DNA of 64,000 nucleotides from a virus. Its lineage: Duplodnaviria; Caudoviricetes. The stretch spans positions 8,227 to 72,226 of the IMG/VR virus record IMGVR_UViG_3300029305_011788; one strand, written 5' to 3'. This document shows positions 45,301-55,569 of this stretch, in pieces. A program made the translations under genes and the position numbers. Within the stretch, counting starts at the first letter, position 1, and every line of letters begins with the position of its first letter. The notes under the pieces were generated by a model. The model saw only the letters and a list, made by a program, of their open reading frames with translations, ran no database searches and was not told the DNA's origin.

Positions 45301-47256
45301 CTAGTCTTTGAAATAGTAATTGCCTGTATATCCTGCAGAGGACAGCGGAAGGCCGTCCGCCCATGCCGGATTCCGGTTCATGATACTGCAAACCTCGTCC
45401 ACAGTGATACTGCCCTTCGGCACTTCCAGAATAACCTCGTCATGCACATGGCCGACGATACCGAGCCCTGCAAGCTCCATCCGGCGCATTGCCTCCGCAA
45501 GCAGGTCACGGGCGGTCGCCTGTGTGATGTTCTCGGTCAATTTTCCGCTGTAGGTCTCGCCGCGTGTCCACTTGTTGTTTGCACCGAGCCCTTCAAAGGT
45601 CAGTGCCATGCGCCCGAAACGGTTCGGCTGTAATTTCGGTTTGATGTAGGCAAGCCTGCGACCTGACGGCAGCACGATCCACAGTGTATTTGCAGAAAAC
45701 TGAAAACCGATCCTGCCAACGGTTCTGTCCGTATGGTCCTTTACTGTTTCGATCGCCGCTTTTTCCACGGCATACCAGAATTTCACGATCTCCGGGTTTG
45801 CATCGCGCCAGCTTGAAATGATGTCGGGAAGTTCGTCCTCTTTCAAACCCATATCCAGTGCGCCCATTGAGATCAGCGCACCTGCACCTCCGCCGTAACC
45901 GCAGGCCAGTTCTGCGACCTTACCTTTCTGCCGCAGTTCACCGTTGATACCGTGCTTCACAACAGGCACTCCAAACATTTGCGATGCCGATGCACAGTAG
46001 ATGTCTTTGCCTTCAGTGAATGCATCCAGCCGCCATTGCTCTCCGGCAAGCCATGCAAGCACACGAGCCTCGATAGCAGAGAAGTCAGCCACGATAAACT
46101 CACAGCCATCTTTCGGAATGAGCATCGTGCGGATCAGCTGTGACAGAATATCCGGCGTATTGCCATACAGTGCTTCGATCATATCGAAACAGTCCATTTT
46201 CACAAGCTCTCTTGCTTCATCGAGGGTAGAGATATGATTCTGCGGCAGATTCTGCAATTGAATCCCGCGTCCTGCCCAGCGCTGTGTGCGGTTCGCACCG
46301 GAGAACTGAAACAGTCCGTGTGCTCTGCCGTCCTCGCAGATATATCTCTCCGCCGCCTGATACTTTTTCACAGAGGACTTTGCCATCTGCAATCGCAGCT
46401 TCATCATATCCAGAGCTTCACCGTCTGCGCTGTGCTTGTCAAGGTCTGTGATAAGAGAAGCGACATTCTTTTTGCCGAGGGAATCCACCTCGATGCCGCG
46501 TTCTTCCAGCCAGCCCTTCAGCTGAGATACAGAATTCGGGTTTTCAAGTCCTGTCAGAGCGTAGGCGCGTTTCGTCATTTCCTCAGACATTGCCATATTG
46601 CAGATGATTGCCTGCTGCACCAGTTCTTTGTCGATCAGGATGCCGCGGTCATTGATACGCTGATCCATGTGGTAGTAGTCCCATTCCTGCGGGAGCAGGG
46701 GGAACTTTTCAAGTCTACGACGGATATCCCGCTCGGTCTCCACGTCCTGTATGCAGTAGCTTTTGAACAGCTTCCAGTCCTCTGGGGCGTGCTCAGGCAG
46801 ATTCCTTGTTCTGCCGCCGTTTGCTTTGGTGGGCTTACAGGGCAGAGAGAAATAACGGATAAGACGCTCACCGACAGCGTCCTTCTGCTGTGCGGTCTTC
46901 AGAGCCTGTGCCGCAGTTGCCAGCTTCAGCGGCAGGGACAGCGATGCCGCCCAGACCATCGTGCATTGCCAACTGTCCGGGGAAAGCTGTGTGCCGAGAT
47001 ACTTCGACAAACAGGTGCGCTCAAATTGCGCGTTCCATGCCGATTTGATAATATTGTCATCCTGCAGCGCATCCACGACATCTGCCGGGAGCTGCTCCCC
47101 GCAGGCCATATCCACACATTTTGTTTCTTCATCGTCAAAGGCGTATGCGAACAGCAGAATATGAAAGTCGCCCTCAACATAGCGGTACACGCCGCAGTTC
47201 GGGAGGTCAACATCCGAATAGGTTTCTAAGTCGATGGAAAGTACACGTCTGCTCAA
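45301..47256 (-). CDS. polA: Phage family-A DNA polymerase
   Basis: SIDLETYS exonuclease, ADFSAIEARVLAW, RQKGKVAELACGYGG, HVHDEV. Confidence 0.93.
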   Translation of the reverse strand: MSRRVLSIDLETYSDVDLPNCGVYRYVEGDFHILLFAYAFDDEETKCVDMACGEQLPADVVDALQDDNIIKSAWNAQFERTCLSKYLGTQLSPDSWQCTMVWAASLSLPLKLATAAQALKTAQQKDAVGERLIRYFSLPCKPTKANGGRTRNLPEHAPEDWKLFKSYCIQDVETERDIRRRLEKFPLLPQEWDYYHMDQRINDRGILIDKELVQQAIICNMAMSEEMTKRAYALTGLENPNSVSQLKGWLEERGIEVDSLGKKNVASLITDLDKHSADGEALDMMKLRLQMAKSSVKKYQAAERYICEDGRAHGLFQFSGANRTQRWAGRGIQLQNLPQNHISTLDEARELVKMDCFDMIEALYGNTPDILSQLIRTMLIPKDGCEFIVADFSAIEARVLAWLAGEQWRLDAFTEGKDIYCASASQMFGVPVVKHGINGELRQKGKVAELACGYGGGAGALISMGALDMGLKEDELPDIISSWRDANPEIVKFWYAVEKAAIETVKDHTDRTVGRIGFQFSANTLWIVLPSGRRLAYIKPKLQPNRFGRMALTFEGLGANNKWTRGETYSGKLTENITQATARDLLAEAMRRMELAGLGIVGHVHDEVILEVPKGSITVDEVCSIMNRNPAWADGLPLSSAGYTGNYYFKD

Positions 47257-47308
47257 TAATGATCACCACCTCTTGTGTATGTAAAAGGGAGGACACACCT
47301 CCCTTGTC

Positions 47309-47890
47309 TCAGTTCAGAAAATCCATATCATCATCGTCAAGCTCGTCGGCATCATCGCCCTCGACCTCCACAAAATCGGATGCCGCAGTCGGTCTGCCGG
47401 CAAGACGCTCGCCGTGACGGACAAGCTGGATGTTCTGGAGTCCTGCCGCGATGCCCTTGTTGCCGGATGCTGCGAAACCGTAGAAATTGACGGACACATT
47501 GCAGTAGTCGCCGCTGCCGCACTCCATAGGATCCAGGATCGGCTGCACATGACGGTCAACGATCTGCGGTGCGTCCTTGCTCGTTGCGTTGAAGAAGAAA
47601 TGACCAGCATAGTTCTCATCGTCCGGACGGTCGATGTCGCCGTCGTGCATCGGCAGCTTGAGATTTGCGGGGATCTTGCCGTTCCACTTCTTCTCCTTGG
47701 CGGCTTCCTTCGCAGCCTCGATCGCCTTCTTGATCTTGGCGAGGGTAGCCTTGTCATCCTTGGGGATCAGCAGAGAGACGGAATACTTCTCATCGCTGCC
47801 GTTGATGCTCTTGGGCTCCCAGATGTTTGCAAAAGAGATGCGGCAGGGCACGATGACCTTGGTTGCGGGTGCTGTATTGTTGTTTGCCAT
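47309..47890 (-). CDS. DUF2815 ssDNA-binding protein
   Basis: EKYSVSLLIPK, DGD..RP, SGDYCNVSVNFY, GLQNIQ, acidic tail. Confidence 0.9.
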   Translation of the reverse strand: MANNNTAPATKVIVPCRISFANIWEPKSINGSDEKYSVSLLIPKDDKATLAKIKKAIEAAKEAAKEKKWNGKIPANLKLPMHDGDIDRPDDENYAGHFFFNATSKDAPQIVDRHVQPILDPMECGSGDYCNVSVNFYGFAASGNKGIAAGLQNIQLVRHGERLAGRPTAASDFVEVEGDDADELDDDDMDFLN

Positions 47891-47916
47891 TGTTTTTTCC
47901 TCCTGTAATGTAGTTT

Positions 47917-49167
47917 TTATTCCTCGTCAGGCAGTACCGAAAACTCCTGATCGGGTGCTGATGTGAGATCGACAGGCTCTCTCGGGTCGCTCTCCGGCAC
48001 AAGCGCCAGCTTTCCGGGCGGCTTGGCGACATATTCACCGAGCAGCTCATTGAACTTTTTCTTGCCCATCATCTTCTCAAATTCGGTCAGTGTGATGAGT
48101 GACTGTTTGTAAAGATCGGTGTAGCCGTTCTCGACAGCGACATCGACCACCGCCTTGGTGTCTGTGAAAACACGCTTGCTTCGTCCCTCTACCACCTTAT
48201 AGCCGGGAATGGGAACACCGTGGTTGATCGCTTCAGAGGAGACGAATGCAAACACCGCTTCGATCCACGAGGATATCCTGTTCAGCGTCGGCAGTATCTC
48301 CGCCAGTTCTGCTATAGGGATCAGACCCGGCTGCTTGAATACGGCTGTATTTGTATCCGCTTCGTAGGGTGCTGTCATATCGCTTTCCTCTGCGGTTTCA
48401 TCAAAAGCCCCGGCATCAAGATCAAGGAAATCCTCACGGCAGAGCGCCAGCGCTTCATCGGCACACGCCTTGCAGACCGGCTTTGCACGGCAGAAGCGGC
48501 ACCAGTCACCGGGATGCTGTTCGCCTTTGCCCTCGAAAGCAAGCAGTGCGGTCGGTTTGATGCTCTCGCCCCAGTCCTCAAGCTCCTGACGGGAGCATTC
48601 AAACGTGCTGATATTGTCAAGACGAGGCTGGATGATGCTCATACGAACGATCTCGATATCATACAAAAAGCCATAGGCGGCTAAACCTCCGAGTGCATAC
48701 AGCATCATCTGGCTGTTGTGGTCTGCGTCCACAAACACGCCTTTGCCCGTCTTGAAGTCGCACACATGAAGCAGACCTCTGCCATCAGCATCCTTGCCGA
48801 TGATAAGCATATCTGCGGTGCCGAATCCGGAAGGGGCAATGTGGCTGTAATCCACACGCTCCTCCACAAAGGCAAGCGGTTCACAGCCATTTTCCCGCAT
48901 CTGCTCGATGATGGAAATGACGAATTCAGCATACACGTCGGTGATCTGCTCAATTTCCTCAGTGTCGAACTCCTCGGACTGCGGTCGCTTCACACGCTCA
49001 TGCAGATACTTTCGGACCTTGTACTCACAGATCTCATGGGCGAAAGTGCCTTCCTCGGCATAGACGGAGCTTTCGTTCGGGAAGTTCTCCTGCAGGCGAA
49101 CGGAAGGCGGACAGTGCAGCCACTGCTTGGAACTGGATGCGCTCAGAAGCGCGTGTACATCCGGCAT
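47917..49167 (-). CDS. DUF2800 PD-(D/E)XK nuclease
   Basis: HALLSASSSKQWLHCPPS, FGTADM, DFKTGKG, QMMLYALG, CRFC. Confidence 0.9.
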   Translation of the reverse strand: MPDVHALLSASSSKQWLHCPPSVRLQENFPNESSVYAEEGTFAHEICEYKVRKYLHERVKRPQSEEFDTEEIEQITDVYAEFVISIIEQMRENGCEPLAFVEERVDYSHIAPSGFGTADMLIIGKDADGRGLLHVCDFKTGKGVFVDADHNSQMMLYALGGLAAYGFLYDIEIVRMSIIQPRLDNISTFECSRQELEDWGESIKPTALLAFEGKGEQHPGDWCRFCRAKPVCKACADEALALCREDFLDLDAGAFDETAEESDMTAPYEADTNTAVFKQPGLIPIAELAEILPTLNRISSWIEAVFAFVSSEAINHGVPIPGYKVVEGRSKRVFTDTKAVVDVAVENGYTDLYKQSLITLTEFEKMMGKKKFNELLGEYVAKPPGKLALVPESDPREPVDLTSAPDQEFSVLPDEE

Positions 49168-49181
49168 CCAATCACCTCCGG

Positions 49182-49670
49182 TCAGAGCTGGGACACATCG
49201 GTGAGAAATGCCTCGTACTTGTCCTGCGGAATATCGCTGACCTTCGCTGCACCATACGATTTCAACAGGGCGAGAACCTTGTCCTTGTTGGCTCTGTTCT
49301 GCTTGATCTTGCCGGTCACAACCTTAATAAGGTCATCGGCGGTCAGCTCCGATGCAGGCTCCTGTTTCTTTGCAGGGGCTTTCTTTTTCGGCTGCTCCTT
49401 CGGCTTTTCCTCCGGTTCAGTGTCCCACGGCAGATCATCTGCCGAAATGATCTCCTCAAAATCGTCAATGTTCAGGTTCTGCGGAGCCGTGTCCGCCGCA
49501 GGCTTCGGTACGCCATTGATTGCCATGTCTGCAAGCTGCTGCGCCATGCTCGGCTCCATTGAATTCAGAAGCTGGATAACACCGCCAAAGATCGTACCGA
49601 GCCCGTCGATCAGCTTCTTTGCGTCCACCGGGATCGGCTCCGGCAGCTTGTTCTTCTCAGTCTCCGTCAT
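49182..49670 (-). CDS. Hypothetical replication-module protein
   Basis: C-terminal VLALLKSYGAAKVSDIPQDKYEAFL. Confidence 0.75.
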   Translation of the reverse strand: MTETEKNKLPEPIPVDAKKLIDGLGTIFGGVIQLLNSMEPSMAQQLADMAINGVPKPAADTAPQNLNIDDFEEIISADDLPWDTEPEEKPKEQPKKKAPAKKQEPASELTADDLIKVVTGKIKQNRANKDKVLALLKSYGAAKVSDIPQDKYEAFLTDVSQL

Positions 49671-50019
49671 AGATCAGTCCCTCCTCGTCATCATCATCAT
49701 CATTTTCAGGCATCTTCCCGCTGACACCGCTGTCGCTGCGGAGCTTCTTTCTGAAATCGTCCGGGTAGCGGATCTCGAAGAAAACGCCCTCATCATCGAT
49801 TTTCAGGCGGAACACACCGACATCCAGTTCCATGTTCGGGAGCATAGCCGATGCCATCGACATGAAACGGAACATATCCGTTGCGGTCTGTGCGATGTCT
49901 CCGGCACGCTTGTCCATTGCCGTTTCAAGCAGCTTCAGGGCATCCGGTTTACCTGCGGACTTGCCGGGATCGGGGGCGGCGGCGCCGTTGTAGCGGTTCT
50001 TCGGGGTTCTGTTTTCCAT
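49657..50019 (-). CDS. Hypothetical protein
   Basis: MENRTPK..., AAAGGA RBS, acidic tail. Confidence 0.65.
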   Translation of the reverse strand: MENRTPKNRYNGAAAPDPGKSAGKPDALKLLETAMDKRAGDIAQTATDMFRFMSMASAMLPNMELDVGVFRLKIDDEGVFFEIRYPDDFRKKLRSDSGVSGKMPENDDDDDEEGLIYDGD

Positions 50020-50119
50020 AGGCTTTTCCTTTCTGTGCGACCTTGCGGCCAATGTATTATCGTGAGGAGCATCATGGCCTCTCATATACTGTCGTGGGAG
50101 CGTTTATTTTGGTAGTATC

Positions 50120-50824
50120 TCAGAAAAATTTTTTTGCTTTTTTAAGAGCTCCTTCCAATCTGAAGCCGACTGCTCTGTGGTTGATGCCCAGCACAGCAGC
50201 AATTTCCTCCAAAGTCATGCAGTCTCTGTAATACATAATAAATGCTTCACGTTGCTTGTCTGTCATGTCTGCAAGCATCTCTTCGCGTGTCTCTCTGCGC
50301 TCCACAGCATCCTGCGGATTCTCACCCATGCGTCCGTCATACCAGTTGAAGGCTCTGCGATAGGGATCTGCCAAAGCCTGCTCCGCATCGCCGTCCTTAT
50401 CTCCGTTGTCTGCACTGTCATAGTCAGTGGTGTCTCTGCGGCTGCCGGTACGATTCATGCTGTTTGCCTCGATGCGGTGGTCACCGATCAGAGTAACTGC
50501 AAGGATCCAGGGCTGCGCGGCGAGAAAGCCGTCCGGCAGTTCATAGGACTCTCTGAAGGTGTCCTTTTCTGAATCTCTCAGTTTGGTAAAGTAGAATGTG
50601 AAGTTCTTGCAGTACGGCAGCCACACAACGGTACGCCCGGTGATGTTCTGGTAGATCGCAAAACCGTTGCTGAACAGTGTGCAGTCATTTGTTTCTGCTA
50701 TCGGGTCGCCGGCGGTCTCAAACAGCTCTCTTGGTGTAGGTGTCTTTCCGGACTTCTCTGCAAGGTTCAGGAGTGTGAGCAGTTCGCCAAGGGTGGTCTT
50801 TTCTGTAATCGTGATTGTTTCCAT
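50120..50824 (-). CDS. Sigma-70 region-4 (ECF-like) DNA-binding protein
   Basis: MTDKQREAFIMYY...MTLEEIAAVLGINHRAV. Confidence 0.8.
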   Translation of the reverse strand: METITITEKTTLGELLTLLNLAEKSGKTPTPRELFETAGDPIAETNDCTLFSNGFAIYQNITGRTVVWLPYCKNFTFYFTKLRDSEKDTFRESYELPDGFLAAQPWILAVTLIGDHRIEANSMNRTGSRRDTTDYDSADNGDKDGDAEQALADPYRRAFNWYDGRMGENPQDAVERRETREEMLADMTDKQREAFIMYYRDCMTLEEIAAVLGINHRAVGFRLEGALKKAKKFF

Positions 50825-50827
50825 AAT

Positions 50828-50981
50828 CGTTCCTTTCTGCAAGGAACGCACCAAGCGGCAGATGCTCTTACTGCGAAAAGGGCACGCAGGCAGACAATGT
50901 CCACACGGAAATTCGTTCATGATACCTGTTCCGGTCAATACTGACCGCAGGCATTGTTTTCCGTTATGAGCATCTGTCCGC
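50828..50981 (-). promoter_or_regulatory. Structured 5' leader with RBS-sequestering hairpin
   Basis: 13-bp closing stem, three to four inner stems, plus 8-bp CGTTCCTT/AAGGAACG hairpin over the RBS. Confidence 0.55.
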
Positions 50982-51677
50982 CAGTGCGCGCCCTGACTAA
51001 CAAATGTATTATTACTTCTTGATAATGGTGGCATAAAAACAGCCGGCTGCATACGAGTTGGATGCAGATACAGCTATACCCGTGCTTATGGTTATAGTTC
51101 GAGCCTGTGACCACAAGATATAGTTCTGTATGAACATCCATCCGCCGTATGCATCCGGCAAAGAGTGTTATTTTGAGTAAGGCGATCATTCGGCAACCCA
51201 TGAAAAAGTTGCACAAATCCACATTTCAGGTCTTGACATTTAGATAAACGGTGTTCTGAGCGTTTTCTCTCAAGCTGAAACGATTCTCTGAAAATATCGT
51301 ATCTATGCCAATTTTAGCAATATCCTTACTCTTGTTTGTCCGGGAGGTTGTCCCCCTTACAAGTATTAGTTTATCATATTTTTTCGGGCTTGTAAGCCAA
51401 CCGGAGGGGTTGCCGAATGTTTTGGCTATTTTACGTGCTTTTTGTAAAACGGCGAAAACTGTCCGCCCGTAGCGGACAAATTATCTAAGAAAACGCCGAT
51501 TCTACGTTTGCATAAAACCAATTGTATTTTTATTCTGACAACCAAATGATTGCCGAAATGCGATGAAAAATTTTTTGATTCGTCATTTTGCACAATAGCA
51601 AGAGCTATCCATATATCTGAAAAGAGCATAAAAAAAGACCAGCGGTAACAACCGCCGGTCTGGGCAATGTGATTATC

Positions 51678-54137
51678 CTATTTTTCGTCTGCAATACCGT
51701 ACTTTCTTCTCAGTTCTTCCTGTGTCATCGGATCAAAATCCAGAAGGTCAAATTCAAACTGTCTGCCGTCATTCAGCTTTTTATAGTTTTGAGCCACCAG
51801 AATGTCGTTGCCTCGCTCAACAGTCATATTTCGGTCACACAGCAGATGCAGATATATCGGATCAGGACCATAGCAGCCTAAACGAAGAGTCGCAAGTTCG
51901 ATCATCTTCAGACTTACTCCCATATCCAACCGCAAAGCGATACAGATACCAACAACATGACGTTTCAGCATTAAATCCCTTTTCAGCCATTTCTGGAAAG
52001 CCTGTCGGGACACGCCCATACGGGAGGCAAGTGTTGTCTGAGACACTCCTATTTCATCCAACACCATCTGCAAGGCATCATGGAAAGTTCCGTGAAGTGA
52101 GCCTGCCAACTCGCCCCAAAGCTGTGCATTATCCGAAAAACTCATGTTTTCTGAATCATAGTCTGCATCGCCGGGTTCACTTACAAGTTCAACCGTCTTG
52201 TACTTATCATTGCCTTCTTTCTTTGTGCGGGCTGCCGCACCACAGGAGTACTCATAATACTTTCTCCTGCGCCGGGGTCTGAATGCCAGACAGCACTCCT
52301 CAATATGCTCATGTGCGTAAGGAGTAAGGCTCAATGTACCGTCTGATGCTGTTTCGACATATTTTGGCCTGTTCAGAACATAGTGTCCCTCAAGATAGAT
52401 GTACTTTCCACTGAGAAGCACCTGTGCGAATCTCTGTGAGCTGCCGGTCAGCGCAATCGCATCCGGTGTATCTATCGTGTACACAATACCGCTGCTCCAT
52501 ACGCCGCTGACTGCGTGATCCGGTACACGAATTCTGTTGCCGATGAAGTTCCAGATGCCTTCTGCCTGCGGGATACCAACTTCTTTCATGTGTATTTTGG
52601 TCATCTGCATGGAGGCGCCAAATGTAGCTGAAAGGTTTTCCAGCATCCACATCAGTGCAGGCGGTGTTCTGTCATTGCCAGTCATTGCAAACATACGGTC
52701 GCACTCACTGCGGAAAACGCCTTCTTCCATCATAACATAGGCGGTCAACTTCTCATCCTGTTTCTCCATTTCCTCTATCAGTTCCATCTGATAGTCGCTG
52801 CCCTGACGCTTCCTTTCGCTTTTCAGCCATCTGCTTGTTCTGTCTATGAAGCTGTAGTGCGGTTTTCCTGCCATAAGCTGCAGCATGAAAAACGGCAGGT
52901 CAATATAAACATGAACACATTCATGAACGATCGTTACAAGAACGTCCGTATCAAATCTCATCTCGTCCAGATTTACAACAATGTCTCCGGCTTTGAACTT
53001 GATCGGCTCTCCGTCTCCATCCAGCACTTCCATATCCGAAAAGATGATCCGTCCCTTTACACCGTCACCCTTGCCAAGATGCTCTTTACGGAGGCGCAGC
53101 TTCATGCGACTGTACCGTTTTTTCAGCCATCTGCTCAGTCTTTTTACGAGCAGCTCTCCGTCAAGTCTGGTAGGGGTTTCCAAAGCCTCCGGGTAAATAT
53201 CCTGCAGCATTTTTCTCGCAAGGATCGGGAAATCCTTTGCTGTCAGGTTCGGTCTGAGTATCCGGTTGGTCGTCCATTCCCTCTGTGCTGTAATGCGGTC
53301 TTCCGGAAAATACTGTACGGGTGCCGTAATCGGACCGCTGCAGGTCTTATAGCCATTCACACCATAGAGGTCAAAAGTGTAACGAAACCGATAATCGATA
53401 GTCCTGCGAGTATCCCGATACACGAGCATTGTTTTGTCACCGCAGTAATGCTCCGCAGGGACTTTGAGCATAAAATCAGCACTGACGATCACATCAACCT
53501 TGAAGTCATCAAGCCGCTGTTCCCATGAGCTTTCCACACGCTTCACATAGCCCCCCTCAAATTCAACGGAAAGAGCGTCCGTCATACCGAGAGCCTCTGT
53601 AATATCCGTGGGGCAAGTCTGTGCCAGGAAACGCAGTGCTTCCCCGAAATCCTCATGGAGATTGTTCTGAAGCACGTCCAAAACTGTATGCACTTTCTCA
53701 GCACTATCCTCATCAATATTGATATCCGGTGTGGCTGTCGGCATCATTACAAGCGAACTTCTGCCGTTCATTTCCAGAACAGTAGAGGCATAACCTTCGC
53801 TGTATCCGTGGTTCAATCCTCTGTCGGACGAACTGAAAAGACTGGCAATGCCGATGCAGTCATGCAGCGCACAAAAGCGTTCCAGCTCAGCAAGCTCGAA
53901 CGGTGTGCAGGTGCGCCGATAGTATGCTGCTTCCTCCTTCGAGACAAAGGCACCAGCCCCCAGTCTTGCGCGGATATTGGCTCTGTCTCTGGAAGGTTTG
54001 AATCCTGTAGTCCTTTTGCATCTTCTCGCTTTCTTTGCTTTTTCCTCCTGTTCAATGATATCCAGGATATCGGGGTACTGGTAAGTATCCTGAATCCAGT
54101 CCGGTGTACTGCCAAAGTTATAGTATTTCGATCTCAT
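51678..54137 (-). CDS. Large ImmA/IrrE-like metallopeptidase with C-terminal HTH
   Basis: VTIVHECVH HExxH motif; SQTTLASRMGVSRQAFQKWL HTH. Confidence 0.75.
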   Translation of the reverse strand: MRSKYYNFGSTPDWIQDTYQYPDILDIIEQEEKAKKARRCKRTTGFKPSRDRANIRARLGAGAFVSKEEAAYYRRTCTPFELAELERFCALHDCIGIASLFSSSDRGLNHGYSEGYASTVLEMNGRSSLVMMPTATPDINIDEDSAEKVHTVLDVLQNNLHEDFGEALRFLAQTCPTDITEALGMTDALSVEFEGGYVKRVESSWEQRLDDFKVDVIVSADFMLKVPAEHYCGDKTMLVYRDTRRTIDYRFRYTFDLYGVNGYKTCSGPITAPVQYFPEDRITAQREWTTNRILRPNLTAKDFPILARKMLQDIYPEALETPTRLDGELLVKRLSRWLKKRYSRMKLRLRKEHLGKGDGVKGRIIFSDMEVLDGDGEPIKFKAGDIVVNLDEMRFDTDVLVTIVHECVHVYIDLPFFMLQLMAGKPHYSFIDRTSRWLKSERKRQGSDYQMELIEEMEKQDEKLTAYVMMEEGVFRSECDRMFAMTGNDRTPPALMWMLENLSATFGASMQMTKIHMKEVGIPQAEGIWNFIGNRIRVPDHAVSGVWSSGIVYTIDTPDAIALTGSSQRFAQVLLSGKYIYLEGHYVLNRPKYVETASDGTLSLTPYAHEHIEECCLAFRPRRRRKYYEYSCGAAARTKKEGNDKYKTVELVSEPGDADYDSENMSFSDNAQLWGELAGSLHGTFHDALQMVLDEIGVSQTTLASRMGVSRQAFQKWLKRDLMLKRHVVGICIALRLDMGVSLKMIELATLRLGCYGPDPIYLHLLCDRNMTVERGNDILVAQNYKKLNDGRQFEFDLLDFDPMTQEELRRKYGIADEK

Positions 54138-54356
54138 GTCTTTCCCCCTGTTTACTGTTATAGTCCTGTGTCTCCTGATATGCTCTCTTGTTCTCTTCAC
54201 ATCTGTAGTTTCAACAGCAGTAAATACCTTTTGGCGAAGGCGGGGTCACAACCATAGAACAGAAACAGTATGCGGTGATTGTTCATATGTCATATAAGCC
54301 TGACAAAGCTTCCGCGCCGAATCGTTCATATGTTCGTTTTTGTCTGCGTGTTTCCC

Positions 54357-54448
54357 ATTATACACCATCAGGAACTTCTTGTCAATAGCTTTTGCAAAGA
54401 ATTTCTTTTCTTTTTTCTATTGACAGAAAAGCTATTGTATGCTATAAT
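54357..54448. promoter_or_regulatory. Back-to-back consensus sigma-A promoters with operator-like inverted repeats
   Basis: Plus TTGACA(54420)-17-TATAAT(54443); minus TTGACA(54385)-17-TATAAT(54362); CAATAGCTTTT/AAAAGCTATTG inverted repeat. Confidence 0.88.
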
Positions 54449-54573
54449 GTATTCAACAAGTGTTCTGAATACAGGCAAAGTGTATCAGGACGATGCTGCG
54501 AAGCGGTCGCTGCAGCTTTTGGCATAGCACCGCTGTGCATTTTTGAGTCATAATTGGAACGGAGGATGTTGTT

Positions 54574-55563
54574 ATGAGTACCGATGATAAGCAACTCAGG
54601 AAAACAACAAGTAAAACAAAACGAACCGGAGGAGAGGAAACGGCACCTAAGAAACCGGTCGAACCCAAGGCTGCCAATGCAGCTCTGACTACTGATGCAC
54701 AGCTTCACTTGGCAGATTCCGGCATAAAAGCACCATCTGCCAGCAGCGTAGACGAAACTGTGAAGTTCGGAGCTGCTATAAAGGCCTTCAGAGCCAAAGC
54801 AGGCTTTTCACAAGCTGAACTTGCTGAGATCGTTCATGTCAGCCGAAACACGGTAGTGAAATGGGAAAATGATGGGTACAAGCCGGATCACGATACGATC
54901 ATCGAGTTATGCAAGATTCTGGGTATGTCTCTGGATGAGTTGTACGGCATCGCCACAGCCTCAGTTTCTCAGCAGGAACTTCGGATGATCCGTGAATTTC
55001 GCCGCATCAGTCCGGTCGGACAGAAGGTCATCGAGAAAATGATCTATCATATGCTTGATGAGGAACTGAAAGCGAAGGATGAGCTGATGAAAGCGTCCTT
55101 TGAACTTTTCGAGACACCGTACACGAAAGCAGCGGCGGGATCGGGTACACCATATTCCGATGAGGAACTGACATACTGCTTTATGAGGAAAACCGACAGA
55201 AACCGTGCGGCTGATGCAGTGGTCGGTGTTGTCGGTGACAGTATGCTGCCCGTCTATCACGATGGTGACAGCGTTTACATAGAATACTGCGATGATGCCT
55301 ATCCGGGTGAGGATGTGGTCTGCAACACACCGGACGGACTGATCATCAAGAGGCTTTCTGCCGACCACAAGCTGTTTTCTGTCAATCCGAAGATCCCATA
55401 CACCAAGAAGGATGACAGCTATAAGATTCAGATCGTTGGCAGAGTGCTTGGAATTGCAGAAACATCCGATTTCCCGGCTGAGGGCGAAGATAAGATACTT
55501 GAAATGCTGTTTGCCAGAGAAATTCGCCTGTTCAAGCAGGAACACAGAATATATGAGGACTGA
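54574..55563 (+). CDS. CI/LexA-like repressor: XRE HTH plus S24 peptidase
   Basis: [21 protein letters not shown]; AAAGSG; VVGDSMLP; IIKRL. Confidence 0.9.
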   Translation: MSTDDKQLRKTTSKTKRTGGEETAPKKPVEPKAANAALTTDAQLHLADSGIKAPSASSVDETVKFGAAIKAFRAKAGFSQAELAEIVHVSRNTVVKWENDGYKPDHDTIIELCKILGMSLDELYGIATASVSQQELRMIREFRRISPVGQKVIEKMIYHMLDEELKAKDELMKASFELFETPYTKAAAGSGTPYSDEELTYCFMRKTDRNRAADAVVGVVGDSMLPVYHDGDSVYIEYCDDAYPGEDVVCNTPDGLIIKRLSADHKLFSVNPKIPYTKKDDSYKIQIVGRVLGIAETSDFPAEGEDKILEMLFAREIRLFKQEHRIYED

Positions 55564-55569
55564 TAACGA

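Noticed and set aside
47917-49167. DUF2800 as a CRISPR Cas4
   Set aside because: Sits in the standard DUF2800-DUF2815-PolA replication module with no cas1 or array.
54281-54336. GTTCATATGTTCG as a Bacillota SOS (Cheo) box
   Set aside because: Left half is GTTC rather than GAAC, so it does not fit CGAAC-N4-GTTCG.
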